Virus record (IMG/VR): IMGVR_UViG_3300008261_000396 | Location: 1 to 53,205 of that record | Direction: 5' to 3' (one strand) | Source: a virus | Lineage: Duplodnaviria; Caudoviricetes | Length of the DNA: 53,205 nt | Shown here: positions 1 through 9,327 of the stretch, in pieces | How positions within the stretch are numbered: the first letter of the stretch is position 1 | Layout of the letters: each line of letters starts with the position of its first letter | Notes under the pieces: generated by a model | Seen by the model: only the letters and a program-made list of their open reading frames with translations | Databases searched by the model: none | Told to the model about the DNA's origin: nothing | Translations under genes and position numbers: made by a program

Positions 1-14
1 AAAATATATATAAT

Positions 15-524
15 ATGAAAACTAAAAAAATAACTGGTAAAAAATTAGTTAAAGCTCAAAAGGGTATAAGTACATCTCCTGTTAAAAAAATTGATTACAA
101 ATCAGGAAATAAAACTTCATTTGTACAAAAAGATGATAGAGGTACAGCTGTAAGCACATATAAAACAGAAAAGCCTGTAAATAAAAATGAGGTGAGTAAA
201 GCAGGAAGTATAGATCCAAAAAATAATACTGTTAATTCAAGTAGGTCATATAAAGCGGGATCTTATTCAAGTATTCCTAAGTATAAGGTAACTACTTATT
301 CAGACAATAAGCCAACTAGTGTATATAAGAAAGAAATGGATACAACTGGATATGCAGCTGGTAAACCTTCTTTTACAGTTAACACTTATAATAGAGTTTC
401 TGGTAAAGCTCCTGTAAAAAATTCTACAACAGTTAACAGAAGTCAAGCAATGAGTTTATTAAAAAATATGGAGTCTTCAGCAAGTAAAAAAAAGGGAGGT
501 GTTGTAAAATCTAAAAAGAAATAG
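15..524 (+). CDS. Small Lys-rich protein (possible internal virion or DNA-binding protein) with N-terminal AQKG and C-terminal KKKGG
   Basis: 169-aa ORF, very basic, coupled to the next gene by TAGTCATG. Confidence 0.75.
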   Translation: MKTKKITGKKLVKAQKGISTSPVKKIDYKSGNKTSFVQKDDRGTAVSTYKTEKPVNKNEVSKAGSIDPKNNTVNSSRSYKAGSYSSIPKYKVTTYSDNKPTSVYKKEMDTTGYAAGKPSFTVNTYNRVSGKAPVKNSTTVNRSQAMSLLKNMESSASKKKGGVVKSKKK

Positions 525-526
525 TC

Positions 527-895
527 ATGAAAAAGATGCAAGTAGGTGGTATTAAAACTTATACTGGTACCAAAGGTAAAACTACAACAACAGGAAGTAG
601 TCCTAAAATTACTACTCATAAAGGAAAGAAAGGAAGTACAGAAGTTGTAAATTATTATAGTGATAATGGTAAAGCAGTTAGACATTCAGGTTCAAAAGGT
701 AAGACAGTAATTGATTCTTCAAAAAACTTTAAGGTAAAAGAACATGAAGGTTCTAAAGGAAAAACTCATGTTTTTGAAGATAAAACTGGTAAAACAGTTA
801 ATTACTTTTCAAAAAAGAAAGGTTTAAATTATTTTAAAAATACTGACTCAAAAGGAACTAGTACTTATAAAAAAGGTGGTACAACTAAAAAATAA
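527..895 (+). CDS. Small Lys-rich protein with (H/Y)xGxKGxT repeats
   Basis: 122-aa ORF; repeats YTGTKGKT, HKGKKGST, HSGSKGKT, HEGSKGKT; starts MKKMQVGG and ends YKKGGTTKK. Confidence 0.75.
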   Translation: MKKMQVGGIKTYTGTKGKTTTTGSSPKITTHKGKKGSTEVVNYYSDNGKAVRHSGSKGKTVIDSSKNFKVKEHEGSKGKTHVFEDKTGKTVNYFSKKKGLNYFKNTDSKGTSTYKKGGTTKK

Positions 896-901
896 ATAGT
901 C

Positions 902-1294
902 ATGGCAAAGTGTATGAAATGTGGTGGTATGAAATACCAAAAAGGTGGTTCTTCAATGAAAACTACTGTTGGTTCTGCTACACCAAAAGGACAAATATTT
1001 GGAATTCCTAATGGTGGACCTACAGGTCCAAACAAACAAGGGATTGATACAATGAAAAAAGGTGGTTCTAAGTTAACTGCTGTTAAACATTCTTGCCCTC
1101 CTGGTACAGTTAGATCTGCTACTGGTGGATGTGTATCTGAAAGACCAAGTTTTAAAAAAGGTGGTTCTGCTTTTGGTATGCTATCTGTTAAAGCTGGTGT
1201 AGATAAAAACCCTAAAGCTACTGCAGCAGATAGAATAGCTGGTGCTAAAATGAGCAAAAAGAAAATGGGTGGTGCTACTAAAAAGAAGTGCTAA
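902..1294 (+). CDS. Small basic protein with multiple xKKGG motifs
   Basis: 130-aa ORF with MKCGG, YQKGG, MKKGG, FKKGG and KKMGG. Confidence 0.8.
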   Translation: MAKCMKCGGMKYQKGGSSMKTTVGSATPKGQIFGIPNGGPTGPNKQGIDTMKKGGSKLTAVKHSCPPGTVRSATGGCVSERPSFKKGGSAFGMLSVKAGVDKNPKATAADRIAGAKMSKKKMGGATKKKC

Positions 1295-1296
1295 TC

Positions 1297-1434
1297 ATGG
1301 CTGAGAAAAAAGATAAGAATTGGATACAGAAAGCAGTTAACCCTAAACATAAGGGTTACTGCACTCCAATGTCCAAACCTACTTGTACACCAAAGAGAAA
1401 AGCTTTGGCTAAGACATTTAAAGCAATGGCTTAA
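1297..1434 (+). CDS. 45-aa basic peptide (MAEKKDKNWIQKAVNPKHKGYCTPMSKPTCTPKRKALAKTFKAMA), possibly truncated; not in the ORF track
   Basis: Hand translation; the ATG follows the same TAATCATG junction as upstream genes; composition matches its neighbours. Confidence 0.7.
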   Translation: MAEKKDKNWIQKAVNPKHKGYCTPMSKPTCTPKRKALAKTFKAMA

Positions 1435-1597
1435 ACCAGTTTCTGATAAAGGTGCTGCTGCAACAACCACAGCTGTAAAAACTCCTGAAAAAGTTAAGAT
1501 ATCCAATAAAGCTAAAGCTACTGGTATTGCTGTTGGTACAGCTGCTGCTGCTGCAGGTATTTATGCAAAAACTAAAAAACATAGATCATTAAAATAA
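1430..1597 (+). pseudogene. Start-less 3' fragment of a small protein (LKPVSDKGAAATTTAVKTPEKVKISNKAKATGIAVGTAAAAAGIYAKTKKHRSLK)
   Basis: Open 55-codon frame with phage-typical codons (GCT, ACT, AAA), ending TAA just before the 1604 gene; no ATG found at its 5' end. Confidence 0.6.
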
Positions 1598-1603
1598 AAT
1601 GTA

Positions 1604-2302
1604 ATGTTAAACAGTACTATTGAAATAAAAGTAAAACAAAGGCTGAACAAGTTAGATAGCCAAGATTATGACAACATCCAATGTTGGCAAATAGTTGAGG
1701 CATTTAATAAAGCTCAGGTAGAGTGGGTAAGAAGACAGCTTCATGGATTAAACCTTGTTAAGGAAGGTGATGAACAATCTAATAGAAGAAAGGATGACCT
1801 ACAAGTTTTACTTACTACAACTCAATTGACTCCTAACAATAAACAATTTTTTTATGCTGCTCCATTACCTCCTGATTATTTAGCATGGAAAAGAGTTGAT
1901 CTTACTGGTGGTAAAGACTGCTGTAATGATCGGAGAATGATGGTTTATCTTACAGAAGAATCTAATGTATCTGAACTTTTAAGAGATAAAGCAAAGCAAC
2001 CAAGTTTTGAATGGGGAGAAACCTTTGCTACATTGAGTAATAACAATGTGAATGTTTATACTAATGGAGATTTTACTATAGGAGGATTCTCATTAATATA
2101 TTATAGACAACCAAGAAGAGTAGAATTTTTAAATTGCTCAGATCCTTATACTAATGCAATCACAGCTGCTGATGTAACATGTGAGTTTAAAGATGATATA
2201 ATTGAATTAATAATTGATGATGCTACAGCTATAATAGCAGGAGATATTGAATCCACAAATCAATACGGAAGAAATTCTCAATCATCAGAAAAAAATAACT
2301 AA
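1604..2302 (+). CDS. Tail ring / head-tail connector protein (crAssphage gene 75-like)
   Basis: N-terminal KxDSQDY...FNKAQ pattern typical of crAss-like ring proteins; lies upstream of the aux-capsid gene. Confidence 0.7.
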   Translation: MLNSTIEIKVKQRLNKLDSQDYDNIQCWQIVEAFNKAQVEWVRRQLHGLNLVKEGDEQSNRRKDDLQVLLTTTQLTPNNKQFFYAAPLPPDYLAWKRVDLTGGKDCCNDRRMMVYLTEESNVSELLRDKAKQPSFEWGETFATLSNNNVNVYTNGDFTIGGFSLIYYRQPRRVEFLNCSDPYTNAITAADVTCEFKDDIIELIIDDATAIIAGDIESTNQYGRNSQSSEKNN

Positions 2303-2304
2303 CA

Positions 2305-2760
2305 ATGCAAAGAATGTTAAAAAGACCTACTGAGGTCATGAAAAAATCTGGAGAATATGCTGCGGCACCTGCAGGTGGAAATGTAGATTCTCTTACATCA
2401 GCTTGTGTAACTGAATTAATGAATGCTGCTCAAAGCTTTCATAAGTTACATTTAAAAATAACAGGTACAGGTTCATATGCTGCACACAAAGCACTTAATG
2501 AATTGTATGATGCATTACCTGGTCATGCTGATGATTTAGCGGAAGGTTTCCAAGGTGCTACTGAAAAGCTATTAAGCTATACAGATGTGGCTCCAAGAAA
2601 ACTTGATTCAGTTACAGATGCTGTAGATTATTTAAAAGATATGTGTGATATGGTGTGTAAATTACAAGACAAGATGCCATACTCAGAGATTGTTAATGAT
2701 CTTGACACAATCAAGTCTACAATGAATTCTGCTAAATATAAATTACTTTTCTTGAAATAA
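2305..2760 (+). CDS. Ferritin/Dps-like four-helix bundle protein
   Basis: HKLHL...SYAAHKALNELYD...DDLAE matches the Dps-type H-x11-H ... D-x3-E ferroxidase pattern. Confidence 0.8.
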   Translation: MQRMLKRPTEVMKKSGEYAAAPAGGNVDSLTSACVTELMNAAQSFHKLHLKITGTGSYAAHKALNELYDALPGHADDLAEGFQGATEKLLSYTDVAPRKLDSVTDAVDYLKDMCDMVCKLQDKMPYSEIVNDLDTIKSTMNSAKYKLLFLK

Positions 2761-2761
2761 T

Positions 2762-2792
2762 TTTGATTTTATAAAATCTTTCACTATATTAT
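2762..2792 (+). promoter_or_regulatory. Putative promoter TTTG-N19-TATATTAT with an overlapping 14-bp palindrome GATTTTATAAAATC (2765-2778)
   Basis: Intergenic; spacing fits Bacteroidota -33/-7 architecture; motif recurs at other intergenic sites. Confidence 0.55.
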
Positions 2793-2826
2793 ATAGTATT
2801 TATTTATTAACTAAAACAAAACAAAA

Positions 2827-4407
2827 ATGAGTTATTTTAATCATGCGTTTCAAAAATCCTTTGTAGGAGTGAATGCTGCTTCTCCTAGTACGCAAGGGTA
2901 CACCGCTTTAAATCAGGGTGTATTAGGAACAACAGGAAACATTTTGGCTACAGGTCAATTTGCTTTTGTTAATCCTAAAGACTGGAAAGTTCAACCAACT
3001 ACATTTAGTGGAACAGGATGTTGTCCATTAATTTTGGCTTCTGGTTCATTGTTTGCAAATGACAAAATTGGACCATTCCACGGAGGATACAAAGAGTCTA
3101 ACAAGTCTAAAGAAATTAATCCTAAGTATGTAAGCAAGTTTTACTTTGCTCCTGCATGTGATGCACAAAGCAATGTAATCCATGTTGGATACACTCCATA
3201 CACAGATGATCAAGTATTAGCACTTACAATTGCTGGTGCAGGTTCAAACATTGTAGATGGTGTTTATAATCAAGTTGCTTTTTCAGGAGGTTCAGGTTCT
3301 GGATTTATTGCTAAAGTTACTGTAGTAGGTGGTGTTGTTACTGTAGTAGAAATTGTTAATGGTGGTACTGGTTATGTAGCTGGTGATACTTTAACTGCTG
3401 TAGCTGGTGAATTACAAGATAATGGTAGTGGTATTACACAACCAACATTAAGTGTAACTACTGCTGGTGCTAATCCTGCTTGTCAAAAAGATTTCTTATG
3501 TGATGAAACTTATAACTTACGTTTAGATGTTAAAGGTTCTCCAGCACTAAGATTCTTAAATCACAATGCTTACTTGACATTAACTGCTTACACAGGATGT
3601 TGTCCAGCTGGTTCAATTACACCAACACCAGTAGATGCTACTGAGGTATATATTAAATGGGCTCAACAAATTGTTGATTCTCCATTAATCTCTCCATTTA
3701 TCTTACCGGTAGTTACTGCTGAAAACAACTCATTATGGTACAAACCAGGAACAGATACGTCTGTATTGACTCCTCCTGCAGGTTACACAATTGGTGGTAC
3801 TTGGGATAAATATGTATCTCCTGGACATGTTGCTGGTCAATATGCTGGTATCACTTTCTTTGGTGCTTATGTAGATACTAAATTTGGTGATTGTACTTTC
3901 CAAGTTTCTGACTTCTATGAAAAAGAGCCAGTAAGATTATATGCTTCTGAAGTTGATTTAAATGGTGATCCATGTGCTTTCAGCGGATTGTGTGTAATTA
4001 CTGAGTGTCAAGGAAGACAAGCTAATGGTTTAGGTGAAACTGTATTGAGAGATGTAATTCTTTCTGAAAGATATAACCAAAACTTCTTCCATTCTGATTT
4101 CCGTATCCGTGAGATTACTCAAGGAAACCAAATCTTGAATGCAATTAGCAGATCTGCTTCTTACAACAGATTCTATATCCAACACCATGTTCCACGTTTT
4201 AATAATGCATCTAGTACTTTTGATGATGATCAATACTTATTAGAAGTTATTGTTGCTGACACAGTAAATCCAACAGATGGTGCTCAAGGTCAAGCATTTA
4301 CTACATTTGTTAATGACTGGTTGAATGCTTGTGGAAATAACTGTGGAGGTTTGGAAACATTTGAATGTGTAACAGCATGTACTCCTGTTATTGATATCCC
4401 TGCATAA
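2827..4407 (+). CDS. Auxiliary capsid / major structural protein (crAssphage gene 74-like) with a Gly-rich beta insertion
   Basis: 526 aa; own promoter and strong terminator; syntenic position between ring and hub genes. Confidence 0.6.
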   Translation: MSYFNHAFQKSFVGVNAASPSTQGYTALNQGVLGTTGNILATGQFAFVNPKDWKVQPTTFSGTGCCPLILASGSLFANDKIGPFHGGYKESNKSKEINPKYVSKFYFAPACDAQSNVIHVGYTPYTDDQVLALTIAGAGSNIVDGVYNQVAFSGGSGSGFIAKVTVVGGVVTVVEIVNGGTGYVAGDTLTAVAGELQDNGSGITQPTLSVTTAGANPACQKDFLCDETYNLRLDVKGSPALRFLNHNAYLTLTAYTGCCPAGSITPTPVDATEVYIKWAQQIVDSPLISPFILPVVTAENNSLWYKPGTDTSVLTPPAGYTIGGTWDKYVSPGHVAGQYAGITFFGAYVDTKFGDCTFQVSDFYEKEPVRLYASEVDLNGDPCAFSGLCVITECQGRQANGLGETVLRDVILSERYNQNFFHSDFRIREITQGNQILNAISRSASYNRFYIQHHVPRFNNASSTFDDDQYLLEVIVADTVNPTDGAQGQAFTTFVNDWLNACGNNCGGLETFECVTACTPVIDIPA

Positions 4408-4432
4408 TTTAATTAAATTATACAACAACTTT

Positions 4433-4472
4433 AAAGGAGAGTGAGAGTTTCAAACTCTTCTCTCCTTTTTTA
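4433..4472 (+). terminator. Rho-independent terminator
   Basis: AAAGGAGAGTGAGAGTTT...AAACTCTTCTCTCCTTT hairpin followed by a T-run, just after the 4407 stop. Confidence 0.85.
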
Positions 4473-4484
4473 TTTAAAGATCCT

Positions 4485-5054
4485 ATGGCAAATCATGTAT
4501 TAAGTTTAGAAGTCCCAACTGTCATGAACACTTGTATATTAAAGATATTTGATGCAAGTGTATATCAGACTAGTAACCCAAATATTCCAATACTGTGTCC
4601 TACATTGACAATAACAGTACCTGGATTCGCACACTCTATAAATATCTCAGGAACTAAAGCTGATGATTTTGTAGCATATGGGCACACAACTATAACTGCT
4701 TGTGATTTAGGATTGCAAGTAACAGATTGTGGAAGTAAATTTGGTGATATTCCTGATGGAATATACATCCTTAAATACAGTGTATCTCCAAACAACCAAG
4801 TGTATGTTGAGTATAATCATATGAGAATTACTAAAGCATTAAACAAGTATGAAAAAGTTTTATGTAATGTTGAAGTAGCTGCATGTGATCCTCCATACAA
4901 GATTAAAGAAAAACTTGAAAGATTAAGATTGATTAAAATGTACTTGGAAGCTGCTAAAGCTAAAGTAGAATTTTGTCATGAACCACAAAAAGGTATGTCA
5001 TTGTATAACTATGCAATGAAACTTTTGAATAAATTTGAATGTAAAAATTGTTAA
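4485..5054 (+). CDS. Tail fibre hub-like protein (crAssphage gene 73-like)
   Basis: IFDASVY...LTITVPGF...IPDGIYILKYSVSP pattern typical of this crAss-like family; synteny. Confidence 0.65.
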   Translation: MANHVLSLEVPTVMNTCILKIFDASVYQTSNPNIPILCPTLTITVPGFAHSINISGTKADDFVAYGHTTITACDLGLQVTDCGSKFGDIPDGIYILKYSVSPNNQVYVEYNHMRITKALNKYEKVLCNVEVAACDPPYKIKEKLERLRLIKMYLEAAKAKVEFCHEPQKGMSLYNYAMKLLNKFECKNC

Positions 5055-5071
5055 ACTAAAAACCAATAACT

Positions 5072-5284
5072 ATGACTTGTTCAAATTGTAATGCCAGACT
5101 ATCATGTGGATGCCAAAGAAAAACTGCATCTGACGGAAAAGCTTGCTGTAGTAATTGTATTGCAGCATATGAAAATAAACTTGCTCCTAGAGTACAAGCT
5201 AAACCAGCATTAGGTAAATTTACTACTCATGCTAATCCATCTGTATGGGGAGCTAACAGATACGTACAAACTACAAAAAAATAA
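5072..5284 (+). CDS. Small Cys-rich (Zn-binding-like) protein
   Basis: CSNC...SCGC...CCSNC within 70 aa. Confidence 0.7.
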   Translation: MTCSNCNARLSCGCQRKTASDGKACCSNCIAAYENKLAPRVQAKPALGKFTTHANPSVWGANRYVQTTKK

Positions 5285-5287
5285 ATT

Positions 5288-6880
5288 ATGGTTGCTATAC
5301 CACCTAAGTGTTATATATTATATCCTGTAAGAGATAATGATGCTCCAATAAGAGATGAAGTACTTTATTACAGCTCATTTGATATAATAGATTCAAATTT
5401 TTATGTAATTGATGTTTACATTAATGGTACATCATACCAAGGGACATTTTATTTAACACTTAGTTCAACTGCTTGTCCAGCTGAAACAGTTGATGCTACA
5501 ATAATAGATGAAGGTAATGCAACTCCTTATTGTTACTACATAACAAATGGATCTGTAACTTATGTAAATGAAAGTAATAATCTTACAAATGCTGCTGCAC
5601 CAACTCATGTATGTAGTAAAACAACTCCTCAAGTTAGTACTACTGGTCCAACACCAACTATAGAATTTAATGGTGAATGTCAATCTGGGATTCCTTGTGG
5701 TAGTGAACCAGCATGTTATTTATTAACTAATTGTGCAGATCCAACAGAAGTAATTCAATCTAAATCAACAGCTTTACTTCCATATTATGCTGCTAATGAA
5801 GTTGTTACTTTATCGGGTTATGAAGGTTGCTGGTCTATTGATAAAGCAGAAAATATAGAAGATTGTGATTGTGCTGTATCAGTAGTAGTAACAAAATCTT
5901 ACGGTGATTGTACAGAATGTTTACCAGTTATAGCATATAGACTTACCAACTGTTCTGACGGTAGTGTTAAGTTTACGGAAGATGATTTATCTCAGTATGT
6001 TGGTAAAACAGTTAAAACAGATTGTGAAGGTTGTTGGACAGTAGACCAAATTAATATTAAACCACCCACAGCAGAAACTATTACTGTTGTACAAGAATAT
6101 GAAGACTGTGTAGTATGCTTACGTAAATACTGGTTGCTATCAGATTGTAATGGTTCAGTTGCTCCAATTATTACCTATACTGATATGACTCAGTATGAGG
6201 GTCAAATAATTAAGATAACTAATAATGATACATGCTGGAATGTTGAACCAACTGATCTAACATACAATCCACTTGAAGTAGAAGTGTTTGGTACATATGT
6301 TGATTGTTTTACATGTGGTCCAATTTTAGATTGTAATTGTATAAGATTAACAAATGATTCAGCAGAAACTAAGACTTATACATACGAAGGTTGTTATACT
6401 CCAAGTAACACTGCACCACTTATTTTAACTATTACATTAGAGCCTAATGAGAGTAGTGATAAAATGTGTATTGCAAGATTTATCACAGTTTTAGAATCAA
6501 CTGATATAGTAGATCAATATGGAGCGTGTGTTGAAAATCCAAATCTTGTTACAACAGGTGCAACACCATTTTTTGATTTACCTCCTTTTGTTTGCCCAAC
6601 TGTTTTTACAGGTAGAGCTGTAACACCAGGATACACTGTACCAGCATGTTCTATAGAAAAGTATGAGTCAATAAGCTGTAAAGCTTCTGAGATATTATAC
6701 AAGCAAGTATTACAGCAAAGATATGGTATCAATAACTGTTGCCCGGAAGAAGATGAAATATGGTTGATAAGAAAAGAATTACTTGATCTTGCAGCTATGA
6801 GAGATGTAAACTACAATTGTGAACCTATATCTGCATGTTGTGCACCAGCACAATGTGGATGTAGCACTTGTGGAAGTTAA
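5288..6880 (+). CDS. Cys-rich virion protein with three tandem repeats of about 65 aa
   Basis: 530 aa; repeat pattern YxLxxC...CWx[IV]...YxDCxxC; C-terminal RYGINNCC and CCAPAQCGCSTC. Confidence 0.75.
   Translation: MVAIPPKCYILYPVRDNDAPIRDEVLYYSSFDIIDSNFYVIDVYINGTSYQGTFYLTLSSTACPAETVDATIIDEGNATPYCYYITNGSVTYVNESNNLTNAAAPTHVCSKTTPQVSTTGPTPTIEFNGECQSGIPCGSEPACYLLTNCADPTEVIQSKSTALLPYYAANEVVTLSGYEGCWSIDKAENIEDCDCAVSVVVTKSYGDCTECLPVIAYRLTNCSDGSVKFTEDDLSQYVGKTVKTDCEGCWTVDQINIKPPTAETITVVQEYEDCVVCLRKYWLLSDCNGSVAPIITYTDMTQYEGQIIKITNNDTCWNVEPTDLTYNPLEVEVFGTYVDCFTCGPILDCNCIRLTNDSAETKTYTYEGCYTPSNTAPLILTITLEPNESSDKMCIARFITVLESTDIVDQYGACVENPNLVTTGATPFFDLPPFVCPTVFTGRAVTPGYTVPACSIEKYESISCKASEILYKQVLQQRYGINNCCPEEDEIWLIRKELLDLAAMRDVNYNCEPISACCAPAQCGCSTCGS
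5714..6316 (+). repeat. Three protein-level tandem repeats YxL[TS][ND]C-xn-CW-xn-YxDCxxC
   Basis: CYLLTNC..GCWSI..YGDCTEC; AYRLTNC..GCWTV..YEDCVVC; YWLLSDC..TCWNV..YVDCFTC. Confidence 0.85.
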
Positions 6881-6898
6881 GATTTTTTTGTATATTAT
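6868..6898 (+). promoter_or_regulatory. Putative promoter TTG-N20-TATATTAT
   Basis: Same motif as at 2762, 11988 and 24220; lies just upstream of ATG 6915. Confidence 0.5.
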
Positions 6899-6914
6899 AT
6901 TAATAAGTAAAACT

Positions 6915-8684
6915 ATGAAACCATTAAATTTAGATAATTCACCTTGCTCACCAATATCAAGCAATTGTGTTATTTGGCAAGGACCAGACATTTCTTGTAT
7001 AAACTTGTGTGCGGGTGATTCAGTTTCTGATGTAGTGTATAAGTTAGCTACAGAGCTGTGTACAATAATGGATCAATTAGATTTGACAAACTTAGATTTG
7101 TCATGTTTAAAATTGGCACCAAACTCACCAGCTGATTTTAGTGAGTTAATGCAAATTCTTATTGATAGAATTTGTGCTGGAGGTACTGGTAGTACTGGCC
7201 CGGCTGCAATTACTGACCCATGCCCTACTAACTGTATTGTTCCTATAGCAGATTGTTTTAAAACATCAGCAACGCAAACAACAATGTTGTTGCTTGACTA
7301 TGTACAAATGATTGGTGAAAAAGTTTGTAGTATTGTTGATCAGATAGATGAGATTAATAATACTATTACCAATATTGATAACAGAGTAACTATATTAGAA
7401 AACAAACCAGAACCAGAGCCATATGAATTACCTCCAATGCTTGTAGACTGTACATTAGCTGATGGTAGTGTAATAGCAGGTAATTCATATAAATTAGATG
7501 TTGTACTTACAGCTTTAGTGAATGATGATACTCATGGTTACTGTGCTTTATTATCTTCATTAGGACAACCTGGTGATGTATATACAGCATACAACTTTCA
7601 AAGCACTACTTCGGCAGGAAACTATGTTCCTACTATAGCAAGCTCTCCATCATTATTTAATTGTGGTACAGCAATGCAAACAGAGTATAATACCTCTTGG
7701 ATTGCAACACCACAAAATTTAAGTGATAGTTTTATTAATTTATGGATCACTGTTTCTGATATTAGAAAAGCTCATAAAACATATGAGGTTGTTGCTGGAA
7801 CTAATACAACTGTTACATCTGCTACAGCTGCAACAGGATGTGGTAATAAAGATACATTTACAGTTAATGCTGAAAAAGCTATTGTTGAACAAGGTGTTAA
7901 TACAACAGTTACTTCAACAGGACCAGTTGCAGGAGTTACAACATATACAGTAGCAGCAAAAGGTGTTACTGGTTTAGCTACAAGTTCTATCACAACCACT
8001 GTTGATTCTACAGGATCAAGTCATGTAGTTTCAGCTAGAGTTAATGATACAGGTTGGGTTGATCTTTTAGGTTTTAGTTTTTATGGTACTGATTCTAAAG
8101 CTGAATATAGCCCACAATGTAGAAGAGTTGGTAACTTAGTTTATTTTAGAGGTATGGTTATGATACCTTTATCATCAAATGGTTCTGGTGGCGGTACAGC
8201 TTTAACATGGAATTATACATCATCAAGTGATACTTATATTAGTAATACATCTGTTGCTCCTTTAGATTCAAGTCTTTCTGGTGATTCATATGCTTTAGTT
8301 AGTGGTGGAGATAGTATAATATTAACAAGTGTTATAAAAATTTTTATAACAAAAGCAAAAACATTGGTGTTTCAATATTTAAGAGATAATGAGTATTCAG
8401 GAGGAGGTGCTGCATCAAATATATTTTACACAAGTGCTTATAACCTCTTAAATTCAATTGTTACAAGTGGTGAACGTGTACCAAATTATGCTCCTGGTGG
8501 TATTTCTTCAAATGCTGCTGGCGGTACTCAAAATTTAACTACTGATTTTAGAACTAATACTTATAACTTTAGCTGTGATCCAAATCAACCTCTACAAACA
8601 GGTGGTTTTGGTTGGGTTTCTTTAGATGGTTTAGTAGCTTCATTAGCACCGTGTAATACAGATATTAAAACTGTTACTTGTTAA
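6915..8684 (+). CDS. Tail fibre/spike-like protein (start reassigned from 6819 to 6915)
   Basis: The ORF-track N-terminus overlaps the upstream gene and the promoter. From 6915: MKPLNLDNSPCSPISSNCVIWQG, a coiled coil, Thr-rich repeats, and a C-terminal DTGW...RRVGNLVYFRG fibre-tip-like motif. Confidence 0.7.
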   Translation: MKPLNLDNSPCSPISSNCVIWQGPDISCINLCAGDSVSDVVYKLATELCTIMDQLDLTNLDLSCLKLAPNSPADFSELMQILIDRICAGGTGSTGPAAITDPCPTNCIVPIADCFKTSATQTTMLLLDYVQMIGEKVCSIVDQIDEINNTITNIDNRVTILENKPEPEPYELPPMLVDCTLADGSVIAGNSYKLDVVLTALVNDDTHGYCALLSSLGQPGDVYTAYNFQSTTSAGNYVPTIASSPSLFNCGTAMQTEYNTSWIATPQNLSDSFINLWITVSDIRKAHKTYEVVAGTNTTVTSATAATGCGNKDTFTVNAEKAIVEQGVNTTVTSTGPVAGVTTYTVAAKGVTGLATSSITTTVDSTGSSHVVSARVNDTGWVDLLGFSFYGTDSKAEYSPQCRRVGNLVYFRGMVMIPLSSNGSGGGTALTWNYTSSSDTYISNTSVAPLDSSLSGDSYALVSGGDSIILTSVIKIFITKAKTLVFQYLRDNEYSGGGAASNIFYTSAYNLLNSIVTSGERVPNYAPGGISSNAAGGTQNLTTDFRTNTYNFSCDPNQPLQTGGFGWVSLDGLVASLAPCNTDIKTVTC

Positions 8685-8697
8685 TAATACATAAACA

Positions 8698-9321
8698 ATG
8701 GCTAAAAAATGTAAAAATTGTAAATGTAACAAGAAGGTGGTTATTCCACCTACCCCTTGTTTTACATCTGCAGGTTGTCCTCCAAAGCCAGCTTGTGAAG
8801 ATACTTTTGACATTGATTGTGTAAACTACACAGGTGAAGATATTATTTGTAATAATGCAGTTGTTGTTGAGTCAGGTGATTCTTTGACAACTGCACTTAC
8901 AGCTTTAGTAGATCAGATATGTAACAAACAAAATTGTGATCTTCAAGTTGAATTTACATATGATAATGCTGAAGGATTATTAAATTTTACAATAAATAAT
9001 GGAGAAGCTCCATTTGATATAAAAGCTAGTATGGCTCAACAACCATTAGCGGGTATTAAGTTTGCACAACAATGTGTTTATCCTGATGGTGGGGGAGATC
9101 TTTCATGTTCTTATGGATATATTTTACAATCACAGAATGGCTTTTCTGTACAACTTTGTTGTAGCATTGCTAATTCTTATGTAACAACACCAGATGCTAT
9201 TAAAAGATTTGTGGGGACAATTAAGTTAGATATAACAGATTCAAGAGGATGTAATAAAGAAGTATTTTATACAGTTGATATAAATGAAGAAGATTGTATT
9301 TCTTGTCCTGTTTTTAATTAA
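8698..9321 (+). CDS. Cys-rich fibre-associated protein, paralog of 9328 and 9873
   Basis: Shares the DC[VFI]x[YF]xG..IxC..GD.L..AL..L...IC N-domain; degenerate SprB-like repeat (GEAPF...ITDSRGC). Confidence 0.7.
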   Translation: MAKKCKNCKCNKKVVIPPTPCFTSAGCPPKPACEDTFDIDCVNYTGEDIICNNAVVVESGDSLTTALTALVDQICNKQNCDLQVEFTYDNAEGLLNFTINNGEAPFDIKASMAQQPLAGIKFAQQCVYPDGGGDLSCSYGYILQSQNGFSVQLCCSIANSYVTTPDAIKRFVGTIKLDITDSRGCNKEVFYTVDINEEDCISCPVFN

Positions 9322-9327
9322 TTATAT

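Noticed and set aside
2827-4407. Major capsid protein call for the 526-aa gene
   Set aside because: No crAss-type MCP motifs were recognised, and its position after the ring gene fits the auxiliary capsid gene; the MCP is expected upstream of the window.
6819-6914. N-terminal extension of the 621-aa ORF
   Set aside because: It overlaps the upstream gene end and the promoter-like motif; ATG 6915 has an A-rich leader and begins the paralogous domain.
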